In this document: in pieces, positions 40,012 through 53,942 of the stretch | How positions within the stretch are numbered: position 1 is the first letter of the stretch | Layout of the letters: each line of letters opens with the position of its first letter | Source of the DNA: Gonapodya sp. JEL0774 | Lineage: Eukaryota | Direction: 5' to 3' | Length of the DNA: 64,000 bases | Assembly: GCA_027604505.1 (NCBI GenBank) | Contig: JADIIX010000026.1 | Coordinates: 1 to 64,000 of the forward strand | Translations under genes and position numbers: made by a program | The notes under the pieces: model-generated | Seen by the model: only the letters and a program-made list of their open reading frames with translations | What the model was told of the DNA's origin: nothing | Database searches by the model: none

Positions 40012-43000
40012 TCACCACCTCTTGGTATTGTCCACTCCCGCAGCACCAAAAACGCTCGCCCACGGCCCTGCATCGGCCGCCGCCGGGGTACCCCAAATGT
40101 TACCAGAGGCAATTGCCCCTCCAATACCAGGACTACTCGTCAAGCTACCACCGAGGAATGGACTGAGGCTTAATCCTGCCCCAACTCCAGTGAGCTCGGC
40201 TACTCCAGAGAGCATGACTCCCGAGGTTCCCATTGATGAAGGAGAAGATACGGATGAGGGTTGCACATTTGTGGAAGGAAGAGTGCCAACTTGGGAGACA
40301 TGATGTCCTGAGGTTGATGCACCCATCTTCGACCAGAGGCTATCAAACAAGTTGGCAGAGCCAACCATCCCGGGGGTTCCATTGGCTCCTAGGGAACCCA
40401 CGGTGGCCTGCTGCCGTTTGTGTCCTGGTACCTCTAATATCTCTCCGCCTAACGCTTTGCTTCCGAAAACCTCCTCATTCGATCCCATCGTATCGTCGCT
40501 CCGAATGTCCCCGGCTACTGATCCAAGTCCATCCAAGGATGAAGGTGCTCTGTTGCCCTCATTTGAAACCCCAGTTACCGAATCTCCCGCCCCTTGTCGT
40601 CCCGACCCAATTGCCCCCACCGGTCTCGCTATCGGTCCCGCATTGACCTTCCCCGACGGTACCGCTAGATTTGGCGAGGCACCACGCGCAGGGACCGGGG
40701 AGTTGGCACCCCTATTTTGCGAACCTGGAGGCACCGGAGACATACTTCCAATGATCCCTGGTGCACCCGCTGTGCCAACCGGTACCTGCAGAGGAGGGGC
40801 TTGTGCTGTTGGTGTCGACGACAATGAGATCGGGGAATTCGGGTAGTGCGCCGATGGCTGTACATGAGGAAGGTTCTGAGGGAGGCTGGCGCCGATTGGA
40901 ATGCCGGGCCGCGCCATCATTGCACGAGGGTGACCGGGGACATAGAATCCCTGAGAGCCGTTGGGTATTCCGCTAGGTCTCCCGGGTTGTCCGCGAAACG
41001 CAGGATTCACGCCAGTTTGCATTGCCATTTGCTGAAGGGGCGCCATTCCTTGTTGTTGAGGTATCGGAGGACGTCCTGGTGCCAAAGGGGGCCGCATCAG
41101 GGGCGGACGGGAAACGGGCATGGGCACCATAGGAGGCGGTCGCATCATCGGCCCAGCTGATACGTGGACGCTTCTGCCGACCGGCCTACCAGGTGCGCGT
41201 CCACCAATCATGACGGGTGGCCTCTGGGGAACCATGGAGCCCGATCGACCTGGCACACCTGTTCGGACTGCCGCAGCTTGAGTACCCGTAACTGGCATAG
41301 AAACCCCACCCGGAAAGCCCACTGGTACCGACAGCGGCCCAGGGACAGTTTGCCGGAGCAATTCAGCTTGTTCTTCCGCCTCAGCTCTTTCCCGCTCTTG
41401 CTCCTTCTCCCTTTCCAGCCGTTCTCGCTCCATCCTTTCTCGGTCTGCCCTTTCCTTTTCCGCCGCCTCCTTCTCCGCAAGAGCCTTCCGGGCTTGCTCC
41501 TCCTTGCGTTTCTTCTCCTCTTCGTCTCTTCTTGCCTTCTCCTCCTGCTCCTTCCGCAGCTTTTCCTCCCTATCTTTTCTCTCCTTTTCCTCCTTCTCCT
41601 TTCGCGCCCGCTCTCTCGCTTCCTGCTGTTTTCGAAGCTCTTCCTTGCGTTGCCGCTCCTGCTCCCGTTTCTTCGCTTCCGCTTCCTCTCTACGCCGACG
41701 TTCTTCTTCTTGCTGTTTTCGCAGCTCTTCCTTCTTGATCCTTTCGGCCTCCCTGCGAGCTTCTTCTTCCTTCCGAATTCTCTCCTCCTCGTCACGTTTC
41801 TTCGATTCCTGAAAGATGGAAATTGTTGCAATAAGGTTGATTAATGATAGAGAAGTCAACGTAATCAATCCATGGGGATTCCAGAAGAAAACAAGAGAAT
41901 GTGAAACCTCCAGCAAATCATTGCAACCTCTCGATACGCACCGCTTCCCTCCTTTCTTCCTCTCTTCTTTGCTTCTCTGCCTTCTTTTGAAGCCGTTTCT
42001 TCTCGTTCTTCTTGGCCTTATTCGCCTCCCGCTCGGCTAGGTTCCTCTGTTCTTCTTCCAGTTCCTGGAACAGGCGTTGCTGCCGCTCGAACGCAACCTG
42101 ACGGAATTAAATGTCCTTACATCGACCCATGCATCAAGAGGCGAGAGCGATACTCACCTTTTCGCGATACGCTGCGAGAACTCGCTGCTCGAACATCTTT
42201 GCGGCAAAGATCTGGAACATTCGCCGTCCTTCTTCCATTCTCTGCTCTTCAGTCAATGGATCCTTCGTAGGTCAGAGTCGGTGCGGCAAATGACGATGGT
42301 GGGGAAACGATGGTGGTGGGTCATAAAAGGGATCAACAAATGCGATTCGACATCCAGTGATTGCATAAGATCTCACTTCCTCATCCTCATATTCCTCATC
42401 ATCCTCATCATACTCTTCCTCCTCCTCGTCCTCCCAGTTCCCATTTTCATCCTCGCCCTCCGTCCCAAGACCACCGCCCCCACCTCCACCGCCTCCCTGT
42501 GAGCCTCCGACCCCTGCGTCCATCTGGCGGATTTTTCGTTCAGCGAGTGTCTCCATGAGCTCAAGAAACTTGCGACCGTCATTCTTGAGGAAGTCGTCAG
42601 CGACGGTGAGAAGGCCACCTTACGGAGGGGTCAGACGGATGAGTGGTTAAGGCCAGACAGAATTTGTGAGCTTCATCATGCAAGCGACTCGCGTCCCCAA
42701 TAAGCCATCTTCATCTCAGTTTCTGAATGACTTGGGTGTCCGCCCGTATTCCAAATCACAAACGGCCTGGCTCATCTCACCTTTTACCGTCAAACTCCGT
42801 CCAAAATCGACCGCCACCTCCCCACTCGTGCCGGCTCTCCCCATACTTGAACTGCCCCTGCTTCCCTGTCTGCTTCCATGCCTGCTTCCTCCATAGCTGC
42901 TTCCCTCCCCAATATCCTCTCCTTCATCTGCGTCATCATCCACATCCTCGTCCGAAACATCCTCCTCGTACCCCTGGTGTCGATGGTCGTGTCCGCCACC

Positions 43001-44486
43001 ATGACTATGATGTTGATGAGTGTGATGACCTCGTCGCCCACGACCAGATACTGCAGACGATGAGGCAAGCTGAGCAGCATCAGCCGCAGACGTGAAAGGT
43101 AGGACTGAAGATGCGGGAATGGCTCCAGAGCGAGCTTGGTGCGCGAAGTGTTCAAGCTCCTCGTAGTAGGCGTCATAGAGCTGTTCCAACTCTTCTTCGA
43201 TGACCGTCCTTCGAGATATGACCAAGTAGCGAATTTATTCAGTGTCAGGGGTTGAGAGGGCACACAGAAGAGTTAATGCGATAGCAAAACATCGAATCGC
43301 CAAAAATGAAACACCCAGGCACAAACAGAAAAAGTGGGATTGAAAAGCCTAAGAACGGAACCAACTCTTGCTTTCCTCACTCAAATTTCCACGATACATC
43401 AAGCGAACACCATGTGCTTGGCAGCCAGTGGTATTCTCCCAATCCAAAATCACGCCAAAGAAAGATGATACAGAAGTGATCACATTGGATTCCAAGATGG
43501 CGCAGAGACTTCTCTGTGTTTCCCAACCCACGTGTAGCAAAATTCTCCAGGCTCTTGACATCTTCCTATTTCCTTTGTTAATTTTCAACATAGTAGCATA
43601 TCATCAGATCTCACCTCTTTCTGCCACAAACAGCGCATTGACACGTATGCCTCTGCTGTTCTTTCATTTTGCGGAGTACAGCCTCTTTTTCCAGCCGAAC
43701 GAGCCTTCTTCTCTCTTCCTCAGTAAGTCCAAGCCAAAATTCTCTAATTCGAGACTTTTCTTCGGCATCCGACCGAAACCAGACGTCGGACGAACTTGGG
43801 TGGCTGTGGTTGACGGTGGCGTGCTTCTTGTGAGTAGAAGAAGATCGAACGGCGGAGTGATGCGTGGGAGGGGCGAGTGTCGTGCCCCCGACGGGCACAC
43901 TATGTCCACCACCTAAAACAGGTGATAAGTGGTCTTGAGCATGTGGTCCGTTCTTGCGGTCTGCCCCAGGAGCTCCCGAATGCCCGGATCTGCTTGGCAC
44001 TTTTCCTGAGGAATTAGGCTCGTGTTCGTCTGCGTCGCCATCATCGTCATCGTCAGATGGGTCGGCGGAGACAACACTAACGGCAGGATGAACACCTCCG
44101 AGACGTGAATAGTTCCCGCTTGTAAGCACACGAGGCGAGGGTGTCGCAGGGTCTGCAAGGTGGGCCTGTCGCGGCCCCTGGTCCTCCAAATCGTCTGCTA
44201 GGTCTGAGAGGTCATCATCGTCGTCGGGACTGTTGGCAGATTGGCCTGGGAGAGGTTGTGGATTGGGGGCAAGTTGAGCTCCTGACTTTTTCCGAGGTTT
44301 TTTCTTCTTCTTGGCGGCTGAAGAGGAGGGTTGTGCGTGCTGCATGTGAACGGAGACGGGTTGGTGTGGCGGGAAGGAAGTCGCTGGGGACAAAGAGGGT
44401 TGGTGAGCGTTGATTGCCGGACTTTGAAGCCGCTGTGCCACAATGTTAATGTCCGATTGGGATTGCAAATGGCTTGCACCCATCAT
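40012..44486 (-). CDS. NST1: Stress response protein Nst1; ends approximate
   Basis: Motifs [79 protein letters not shown] and [13 protein letters not shown], then a long coiled coil. Confidence 0.92.
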
Positions 44487-45395
44487 CTGCGCGTATGGTT
44501 GAGATGGGATGTCAAGAGCATAAAATTGTAAGTCGTTTCGACAACCGTTTGAGACAGAGTGAAGCAGAGCCACCGAAAACAGGCCAGAGTACAGATTTGA
44601 AAACGCAAAAAGGGAAAACGGGGAGTCCAAGGGGGTGGAGGAAAGTACCCAGGTGAACACAGCGTCCTTCTCCCAAAGGAGAGAATATCCCTCTTTTGCA
44701 GCCCAAACTCACCTGTATGCAGGCCACCGTCTGCTTCCCGTTATTAATCCTGAAAGCACTACACCAAAGCGCACTCTCTCCCAGGGTTTGCAACCAGAAA
44801 CGGTGGACAACTTGCCGGTTGGGAATACACCGGTAGCCGTACAAACACCTGAATCTCCGGTCTTCCGCGTTATCTCCAATGCTCTTTTCGTTTCTTGTGT
44901 TCTCCTTTTGTTGGGTCCCCTCGTCCTCCCGAGCTCACCTCTCCAATATGATGGTAAGGTCCACTGCCGTGGTCCGCATGCATGGTTCACGAACCGAGCC
45001 AAGTCACGTGATCATACTTCCCCCACCTCCCCACTCGTTCAGTCCGCTTTTCGATTTTACAGGCTCACGGCCTGATGATTTTCTGCGAATTAGTTGGAAT
45101 GAAAAATTGCATATATATGCGAAAAAATGCACACATGACAGGCAGTATCAATCCTCCAACTCCGACAGAATTTGCACCGTTCGGTCCTCCCTACAGATCA
45201 CGAAGTTGTGCACCGAATGAATTCGAGTAGGTAGAACGGAATAAATGTAACTCCAATCCAAGGCCGCACGAGAGTCGTTTTAAAGCAGTTGATCTTGTGA
45301 GTCTCTGTCTCACTTATCGAAATACAGTAAGCTCCCCTCTCCACGCCAAAACACACCAACCAATCTCGCACTCCCTCCCTCAATACCACCGCTCC

Positions 45396-45956
45396 TCATA
45401 TTAGCCACGCATTTTTTGGAATCATTTCCCACCCTTGTCTGTCCAACTCATCCCTCCGGCCGCTGCGAATCATCATCGTCACCTTCCAGAATCGCCAACA
45501 GCTCATGGCAATCGCCAGAACTGACATGAAAGTGGCAATCCCAATAAGAACTGAGAATGTAGTAGGATCGCGGTCAGAGATGGTTTGGGGAGTGGATGTA
45601 AGCACGGAAGCGAACGAAGAAGAGCTGGAGAGTGCCAATGGTGGGGTCCATTTTGTGGATGTACAACCGATCAAACTGATGGTTGGAGTTCTGTCAGATG
45701 ACGCTTGCGCTCCAGAAGCGACGTTCACTCCCATGTTATCCCCCGGCACTATTGTCTTCGGCGGGTTGACCGATGTGAGTGTTCCACCCAGAGACCTTGC
45801 CAGAGTTTTTCCGGTTGTATGTTCTGCGTCGTCTTCAAACGCAATATTTGTAGGTGCAGATGCGCAGGAGCTACGCGTCTGCAGAGACGAAGACCGTTTT
45901 GCCTCGGGATTAGCCCCATCATTAGAGCCGTCTCGAGTAGGTTCACCAATTTCCAT
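45396..45956 (-). CDS. Hypothetical Ser/Thr-rich single-pass membrane protein
   Basis: A 186-aa ORF with an S/T-rich region, a hydrophobic stretch FSVLIGIATFMSVLAIAM, and a basic stop-transfer segment. Confidence 0.45.
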   Translation of the reverse strand: MEIGEPTRDGSNDGANPEAKRSSSLQTRSSCASAPTNIAFEDDAEHTTGKTLARSLGGTLTSVNPPKTIVPGDNMGVNVASGAQASSDRTPTISLIGCTSTKWTPPLALSSSSSFASVLTSTPQTISDRDPTTFSVLIGIATFMSVLAIAMSCWRFWKVTMMIRSGRRDELDRQGWEMIPKNAWLI

Positions 45957-46271
45957 TGCTTTGAGGGATGCTTTGAGACGGTGCCAAGTTTTATGTGTGA
46001 ATCGCGTTAATCAGTTACTTATTACTGACGTCATCACATACAAAGCTCGGTCATCGCCCGAGCTCATATTTACATTGTATGATGTATGAGCTGATCCGGA
46101 AGAGGTTTGCTCATGAATCACACAATCGGCAGTATTGAGATGAACTTCGAATTACCAGGCCGGACTCATTCTTAAAAGTATACTTGTCGTAGTCAACCCA
46201 CTGCTCTAATAATCATGAATGGGTGTTACACAGCAACACTCCCACTTTTGTCATGCCTGGGCTGGTGTGAT

Positions 46272-48375
46272 TCACGCTCTTCCAATCCTTTCAGACGTAC
46301 GCAATTGGGACTCCTTCGCACTTGCGGGAGCCACAACACCAGCCGAGTTAGCCTGCAAGAATCGCCCTATCCGGGGTAGCCGATCCATCGAGGCAAGCTC
46401 TTGTGCGAGGAGACGCTCGTAAGAGTCGCGAGCGAGCTACCAAAACGCGGGTTAAACCTTCCAGACATCACTACTATTCTTCTGGCCATTCGCTCACCCT
46501 TTCCTCCTCCGCCTCCCTTGCTGCCCTCTCCCTCTCTTCACCTTTCCTTTCTTCCTTTCGCCTCATCTGCTCACCCAGATCGTCACGCTGTCTTCGTGCC
46601 GCGTCTTCTCTTTCACGCCTCACAGCCTCGTCGGAAGCCCGAATAGCAGCAATTTGTGCTGCCAACGTGGCTTGCTCCAGGCGTGATTGTTCTTGAGCCG
46701 CAATATTACGAGCGACTACCAACACAATGTTAGATCGGGTGAGACTCAGACAAGGCACACAAACGTCTTGGAACACTGTTGCTGAAAGAAAATACACTCA
46801 CTAGCGTCTCGCAGCTGCTCTTCCCTCCCTTTTAACACCTCCGCCATAAGTTTCTCCCTCGCCCTTTGCTCTTTCGCCCACCCTTCCTCTCTGACCCTCC
46901 AGGCCCTCTCCGCTTCCTCCGCGTACATCCTACCGATCCTTTTCTCTTCTTCCATTTCCTCACTACGTCTTGTTGCCAGAAAGTCCATGTACGCTTGCGT
47001 CTCTCTCACCCTTGCCGCCCTCTCCCGCGTTAGACGGTCCCGTTGGGCCGCTTCGGCTTTGACGTATTGTTGGAGGACAGACAGGTCAAGTTCCCGAGTA
47101 CGACGGAGTGCATCTGCTCGTCGGGCGCGTAGCTCCGCGTTGAAGGCATCAAGTGATTCCCGGGTGCTACGTTGGCTGGCTTGCTTCAGTAGGCTTGCGC
47201 GACGCTCCTCAACATTTCGGAGCTCCAACTGTTGACGCTGTAAAATACGTGTACGCTAGCTGGAATGAACCAGATAACCAGAGAAGAGCAACTCACCATG
47301 AGCTCTGCTTCATCCTTCTTAAGATTGTCTTCCTCCTTCTGCTTTAGTGCGAGTTCCTCCATTTGTGCGTCCAACATCCTCACCATCTCTTCGTTTCGAG
47401 ACTTCGCTCTATTTCTATCTTCTTCCTCTCTCGCAACTTTCTTTAGTCTCTCATGCTCCCATAGTGCTGCGTAGCGCGCATTCGACTCTGCCAGGCGTGC
47501 CGCAGCCTCGTGCTTCTCATGCAGCTGTGCGGCGCGAGCAAGGGACACTTGCTGGCAAAGAAGCTGAGATTCAGCAATGCGGAGCTCAGGAGCCTCGTTC
47601 CTGTGGCACCAGGTCAATCCTAACTAATTGCCGGTTTTGATCTGTAACTTCAGTCCGCCACTCACCGAAACCTCTGAAGAAGCTTTTCCTCTACAACTTT
47701 ACGTCGCTCGTCTTCTCTCTTCTCCTTCAGCTCGGAAGCCCGTTCTCGTAACTTTGCAACTTTTTGCTCTTGCGTCTCCTCCTGCTCAGTGAGTGCCGAT
47801 CGCCACTGGTTGATATCAGAAGCCAGAAGAGCTCGGAGCCTACTCGAGTCGGATGAGCAATACATGCGCGGGCGCATGTGCCATAGAGTCGCATAAGGTG
47901 GATCCCACAGCAGCTAAACGTCGAGCAGGACTTACTTTTCCCTTCTCTGCTCAACCTCTTCGTCGACTCCCGCTTTCAGTTCACCGAAGCGCTTCCGCAA
48001 ACGATTACGCTTGATGTTTTCAGTCGTTTTCTGTTCGAATTGTGCCTAAGTGACAGCCAGGGCAGATTCTTTAGAAACGCTCGGCCACTATTGCAAAGAT
48101 TCCACAAATGCGGGTGTCCGCATGTCTGAATAATATCTCCAGTTCTTCATTATGTTGATTATGTGGGCAAATCATTCGTTATCCGATTGCTGTCGTCGTT
48201 CGCGACTGTTACTCGGGACCTCACGGCCACTCACAACCTGCTCCGCCTTCGCATAATACTGGGTTCTTTCAAGAAGAAGAGCTCGTTGTTGATCATCTCT
48301 TTGTCTGGCCCGTATGAGGTAATCGGGCGAGTAAGTTGAGTGATGGATAGTACCGCCGAAGTGCAATGCGTTCAT
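46272..48375 (-). CDS. CFAP53: Cilia/flagella-associated coiled-coil protein, CFAP53 (trichoplein/TPH family)
   Basis: Segments PDYLIRAR, LRALLASD, RRKVVEEKLLQRFR, ELRIAES and WAKEQRAREKLMAEVLKGREEQL are present, in multiple GT-AG exons. Confidence 0.75.
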
Positions 48376-48577
48376 CTCTGAGGAATCACCGCCCAGACAG
48401 ATAGCTGAAGACGTTCTTGGGCTTGTAGTGGCAGTCCCAAAACGATGAGCAGAAGAACGACAACGACACGGGGTTTGCGAAGGCGCGAACTGTCTCAGTC
48501 TGAACCCATACCCAGCGCTATGTTGTTCCCCTGGAGCCACATAAATTAGACAAATCACAACCTATTTGCAATCTCAT

Positions 48578-51500
48578 CTAATACATCAGAGTGAGATCTA
48601 ATTTTTCTCTTAAGCTGATTTTGAGCTCGTCCGTGATGTTCTGGTCCCAGTCAGATTCCAACAACAGCTCCTCGAGCCCATTTTTGTCCGTGAACACTGT
48701 CGAATTGGGAACTTCCCCATCTCCATCGCACATCAGTTGTTCTCCATATTGTTGTTCAGCGTCACTCTCTTCCTCCATTGATGTCAAAGAGACGTATAGC
48801 TGCTCTGCGGTAGAGCGGCGGACCTACCCGCCAGGAGAATGCAAGGTTTCCAACACTAACTTACGTTCAACCTTTCATGCGCAAAAACTTACCCGAGGGA
48901 AAGGGTGGAAGAGATGTGTAAGGATTCCTTCCAGGGCGGATACTTGTACTTCTCGCCGGGATAGACCGTCGGTGAGAATTGCACAGCTGCACAATCTGAG
49001 CAAGTTCAAACAATCAATTCTGACAGCAGGCTATCACGTGACCTCCAAAAAAATGCTTCAAGAATCTCACAATTTTACGCCAGCGGTGATTTTCTTCACG
49101 TCCTTGGTCTTCGTGAGCTCGGCTTTGGTGAGTTCTACTAAGTCAAGAAGGATTCTGCAAGAAACAATCAACCAGAGAAAGTACGCGTCGACAACCTGAC
49201 AAAACTATACGAAACCCCATGTTTCACCTGATGTCACTCATACTTGACACGACGCCGGTTTCCAGTATCGTGTCCATGACTTCAAAAAGTGGGACGACGA
49301 CTCTATCTCTGCCTTTATTACGGATAAAAATTTCTCGTACGGCGATGAAGAAGTCGAGAAGTGAGAACGGGTAATGACTGAGAGAGGGGTGGGAAGCGAA
49401 AGCAGAATCTGATGAAGATCGAACAGGTTCGTTCTGCTGAACGGGCAGCGCAGAAACAAAGTCTAGCAGACAAGCATTTGAATGGCGAACCTTTTGATCA
49501 GACGAAATTCAAACTGGCGAGTTCAGTTGGAGATTGGTGTTCGGGACTCGTCATCAGAACCCACCAATGATTCGGTCAATCCACCCGCGCTAACAAGTAA
49601 ACCAGTTAGTAACTCAATTCGATATGCAGGTATGACGATGAGAGGTACGATTCGGTAAAACACCTCAGAGGGCGAGGACCACGCGATATTGGAATGTCTT
49701 AAAACAGTCAACACAGATGCTCACTTCATCGCTGGGGATTTCCCATGACGAGCTCCAGTCAATGTCGGAGACTCACTTCGGACAAGCTTCCTCAAGTAGA
49801 TCGCGTCCTATTATTACTGCTGACCCGTCCTTTCCCCCCAACCCCACGCCACTCCAAAGCAGATCTACGAAACACTCCCCGGCTGTCTGCCTCACCCTGT
49901 CTATTCTTTCAACGCTTTGACTCAACACACGTGCAACAAGGTCTTGGAAAGCCCCTTTTGGCAAGAAAGTGCCTGGAGCAGCTCCATCCTCCTGCTCCTT
50001 TCGCCAAGCAATCCTTAAAACAGAGCGGAGTCCTCGCATGCTCGCTTCTCGAATCCAGGAACCAACGTCGCCACGTTGGTCCGTGCTGAAATCTGCGAGG
50101 CAATCCAGGAGGGTTTGAATGACGCCAGTTATAGCTTCGGAAAAATGGATTTGTCCACCCTCCTTTACTTCGTTTAATGTTTCAACAATCTGCACCAATG
50201 CGACGACGCTGTTGCGTTTAGCCTCGGCATCATTAGATCTCTTGTCTGTTCGAATCCTTGCAGATTCTGAGAGAGCGTGAAGAATCCTGCCGGTTCCAGT
50301 CCGAACAAGAGCAACGGCTGGTAAAGCTCCCAAAGCCAGCACGTAGCCCCTGCGGGCGACCTTCTCTGCAGTTGGTTGAATTGAGGTAATGAAATTATCC
50401 ACCAGCTTAGTTGGACAATCATATTGACGGGACAATGACCGCACAGCCGCAACGGCCCTTTCTTGGACAGCTTCCTCCTTGCGCTCCAGAGAAGTAGTAA
50501 CGATGTTCCACCAGGTTTCCAGGTGAAGTGGAGGGCAAGATTCGATCGATATTGGCCACTGTGCCTCTGCCAAACACTCAATGAGCCGACAGCAGGCTGA
50601 CCGACCGAACTCAGACCCGAATGAATTCAAGAATGTGGATGGTAGGGAAGAGAGAATCCCAGCTACTGGAATAACAACAGTTCTAAGCTCTTCTTCTGTG
50701 AACTCTGAGGACGAATGTTTGTCTTCGTGAAGTGAGCGCTTCGCTCGCGCCGAAGCCCACGCTAAGCACACTTCGGCTGTCGCAAGTAAAGCTCCATGAT
50801 GTGTTGCAACATCCGGGTCCATCGTCGCAGGTAATAGGGTCTCAAGAATTCGAGGCACAACATTGTCAGTGTTCAACCCAATTATCCGTCCTAAACACGT
50901 CGCTGCTAACTCTCGTACACTGGAGTCCCAATGTGCCGCCGACTTTCTTGTAAGATGGCTCACAAGAGGTTCTCGATATTCCGGAAAGCTTGCAAGATCT
51001 ATTCCAACAACGAGGAAAGCACCCTGTCGGTTCCCAACTGCAAAATAGTCCGCTTTCGTCAATATCTCAAGTCCGCGAGGGAAGGTTCCCAACCGCCCTA
51101 CTCCCTCCTGAAACGCGGCGCTTGCTGCTCGACGAACGTTCACTTCACGATCGAGGGCCGATGTCACTGCAAGTTTCACGGCTATTTCTTCCGTGAAGTT
51201 CCGCACTACGTCAGCCGGATACACACGTGCAAAACTCCACAGGACGTAACACGCCGCATCACGAACGTGCGCGCCGACAGAGTGGGCCCCACGACGCTGG
51301 TCGAACCCAAGAGCACGCAGAACCCATGGAACGCTATCTGGAACTCTTGAAGGCAAAAGAAGGCCTCGTCTGGCCAACTCAGCCAGTGCAAGGCAAGCGC
51401 CATGCCACGAATGGTCAGAGCAAGCGGACAAATCCAATTCTGCGACGCTGCCAGAAAAATTTCCATGGCTCTCTGATACATCCTCGCGAAATAGATCCAG

Positions 51501-53281
51501 CACCGCTGAGACAACATCCTGAGCAAGATCTGAGGGAAGGCGGGAAGCTACCCGGCCCAAAGCCTTGGCTGATGACCACCGAACTATTGTATCACGATCA
51601 CGGAGCGAGAAGAGGAGAATATCGAGAATGTCCTCAAGAGCATCGGGTGGATTGAAGTCTTCGTCGTCTTCTGCCGCTATGTCCAGATTCGGTGCTTCTG
51701 GTGTTCCAGAGTCGGTGCTTTCTAGATGCAGAGCAGGACGCCCGAAGGACGCCCTATTTGTGGCGACAGGCCCTAGAGAATCAACTACAATAGGAGATGA
51801 ATGGAGGTTCTCCAACAAGGACCGCTGTCCCCTGCGGTAAATCCAAGTCATGCTCCTCGGCTTCAGATAGCATGTCCCAACTCTTCCCGACAACTTGACT
51901 ACAAGTTTGCGCATGAGGCTATTGGATCTCGCTCGAGGATCCCAACGCATGGCCGGGTCACTTCCCGAGATCTGAGATGTTAACTTCCCTAGACAAGTTG
52001 TAACAGCAGGGAGAGTAGGAAGGAGAACGTCTCGTTGTCCAAGCTTATATATGAGAGACAGTGTTTGGAGGAGGTGCTTGAGCTAACAAGGGGAACGTCA
52101 GCCGGCCGACTACGATGCATATAAAGATTCACCGATTCACCAAAAAGACATCACTGGTCTCCTTCACTTGGTCCATCGCCCATTCCAGAAAGGTTGACAA
52201 ATGCGAGGTCACGGTATCCTTTCTGATGAGGAGTCGAGCAAGCATCACTGCAGCACCTTCTCCCTCTTTTCCTGTTGAGCTCAGGTACAACTTCCCCACT
52301 TGCACCATCCGATCCACTAGATTCTGTTGCGTTGCCGAGCCAGCTTCATTCGAAGGGGCACCAGGCCCAGGTATGAGCGCCCAGTTACCGGAGTCCAGCC
52401 GAGCAAGATCAAAAGGAACCATGCAAGCCAGGGACAGGTGAAGGAGAAGAATGTATCGGGTTTCCCAGATCGTGTGGTTAGTTCTGGGAAGTGGTAAGAG
52501 CAGAATGAGCCGTAGGGTTGGTTCAAGATCTCCAACTTCGTGAGTGAAAAATTTGACTGGGGTGTACAATGGAATGTTGAACCAAGAATCGCTACATACA
52601 ACCGCATGCCCACCCGAGCTTCGGTGGCAAGCAAACTACTTGAGGCAACTCACGTGTAGTCTTATAGCCCCTCACCTTACAGACGTGGTACAAAAACTTG
52701 TACATGGCGTGGATCCTAGGACTGTTCAAAATTACCTGTGCAGAAGCGACATCTCCTGTATCCGCCGCCTTTGTGACCTGTTTTGTGATCTGCCGAAGTG
52801 CTAGAATACAGGGCCGCACTATTTGATCGAGAAATGGGTCCAAAAGGTGCGACTGCTCCTGGTAGTTGTCGAGCTGCGCAAACCATCATAGAGAATTTGA
52901 CCCCACGCACGGAGAACAGCGAGGCACGTACACGGCCCAGCCCGTTGAGAAAATTTGAGAGATTCGTAGTCATTTGCTTGGAATGGCTTCGAACTTGCTC
53001 GAATCAAAACAAGTGTTCAAACCCACAATCTGGCTTAAACGTGTGTATTTCTTGGCTTCTTCTGCATGGATAACTCGGACTTCCACTCCCACCACACTAG
53101 GTGAGAGAGGTAGAGTATGCTGGGAAACGTTGCCACTGGGTAATACGTCCGTCGTTGGAAGCTGCCGAACAAGTTCGTCCAATGTTGCGAGGAACTCTGC
53201 GGACTCAGGCAGAAACGACTGGGAGGAAGAAATTGCTTCGAATTCCAATTCATTCTCTTCGCCGTTATCGGATCCGCTCAT
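48578..53281 (-). CDS. TBCD: Tubulin-specific chaperone D (cofactor D), multi-exon
   Basis: Motifs KVRGYK, FFTHEVGDLEP, LRDRDTIVRWSSAKALGR, WHGACLALAELARRGLL, DREVNVRRAASAAFQEGVGR and TDQRGDVGSWIREA are present. Confidence 0.95.
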
Positions 53282-53942
53282 AAGACCTTAGTTCCAGCAG
53301 TCTCCAAGCCTGTGTCATGGCCTATGGCAATGATGGGCCACATTATCACTTCACTTTGCACATTTTATTAACGAAACTGCCAATGGTCTTTTTTTAGTGG
53401 CTACTCCGCAGTTACCGGAAGAGGGGGATCCATGGTAACTCGTTCTTCGATGAATTATAGGCCCCCTGGTGGAAAGGCTGTTTGTGATCATGGATCACAA
53501 ACAACCACCAATGTTGGATTGCAGGAAACCACATCTTCAGATGAACTGGACATGAAAACCGTACTTATAGTGGATTCAAGCTTATTGTGTGCCGAACACA
53601 ATGTCACCGATTAAGGACAGGTTTCGTGAAGTGTACTAGGACGAAAAATGCGAGACTCATTGAAATTTACTTGCGTATCGCTTTTCTGTATGTACATTTG
53701 GCCCGAATGGAATTACAGCTGAGGAATGCGAGAGGGCGAACCACACGATTTTTTTGGCTGAGCAGAGTTTTTCCCAACCGACCAAGGAGGTGAGCGCGCG
53801 TCTGGCTCCCTGTCCGGTCTGGTCATTTGGAATTCTTTTTCTAATTTTGAATCGTGCTCCTCGAATCTTCCTTCTGCTGCTACTTGTCACTTCCCCGATT
53901 GATTCCCTGATTGTGCATAGTCCCAAACCACACTCTCTAGCC

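Noticed and set aside
41164..41844. Long antisense and alternative-frame ORFs over NST1 and other GC-rich genes
   Set aside because: Shadow ORFs produced by repetitive coiled-coil codons and high GC.
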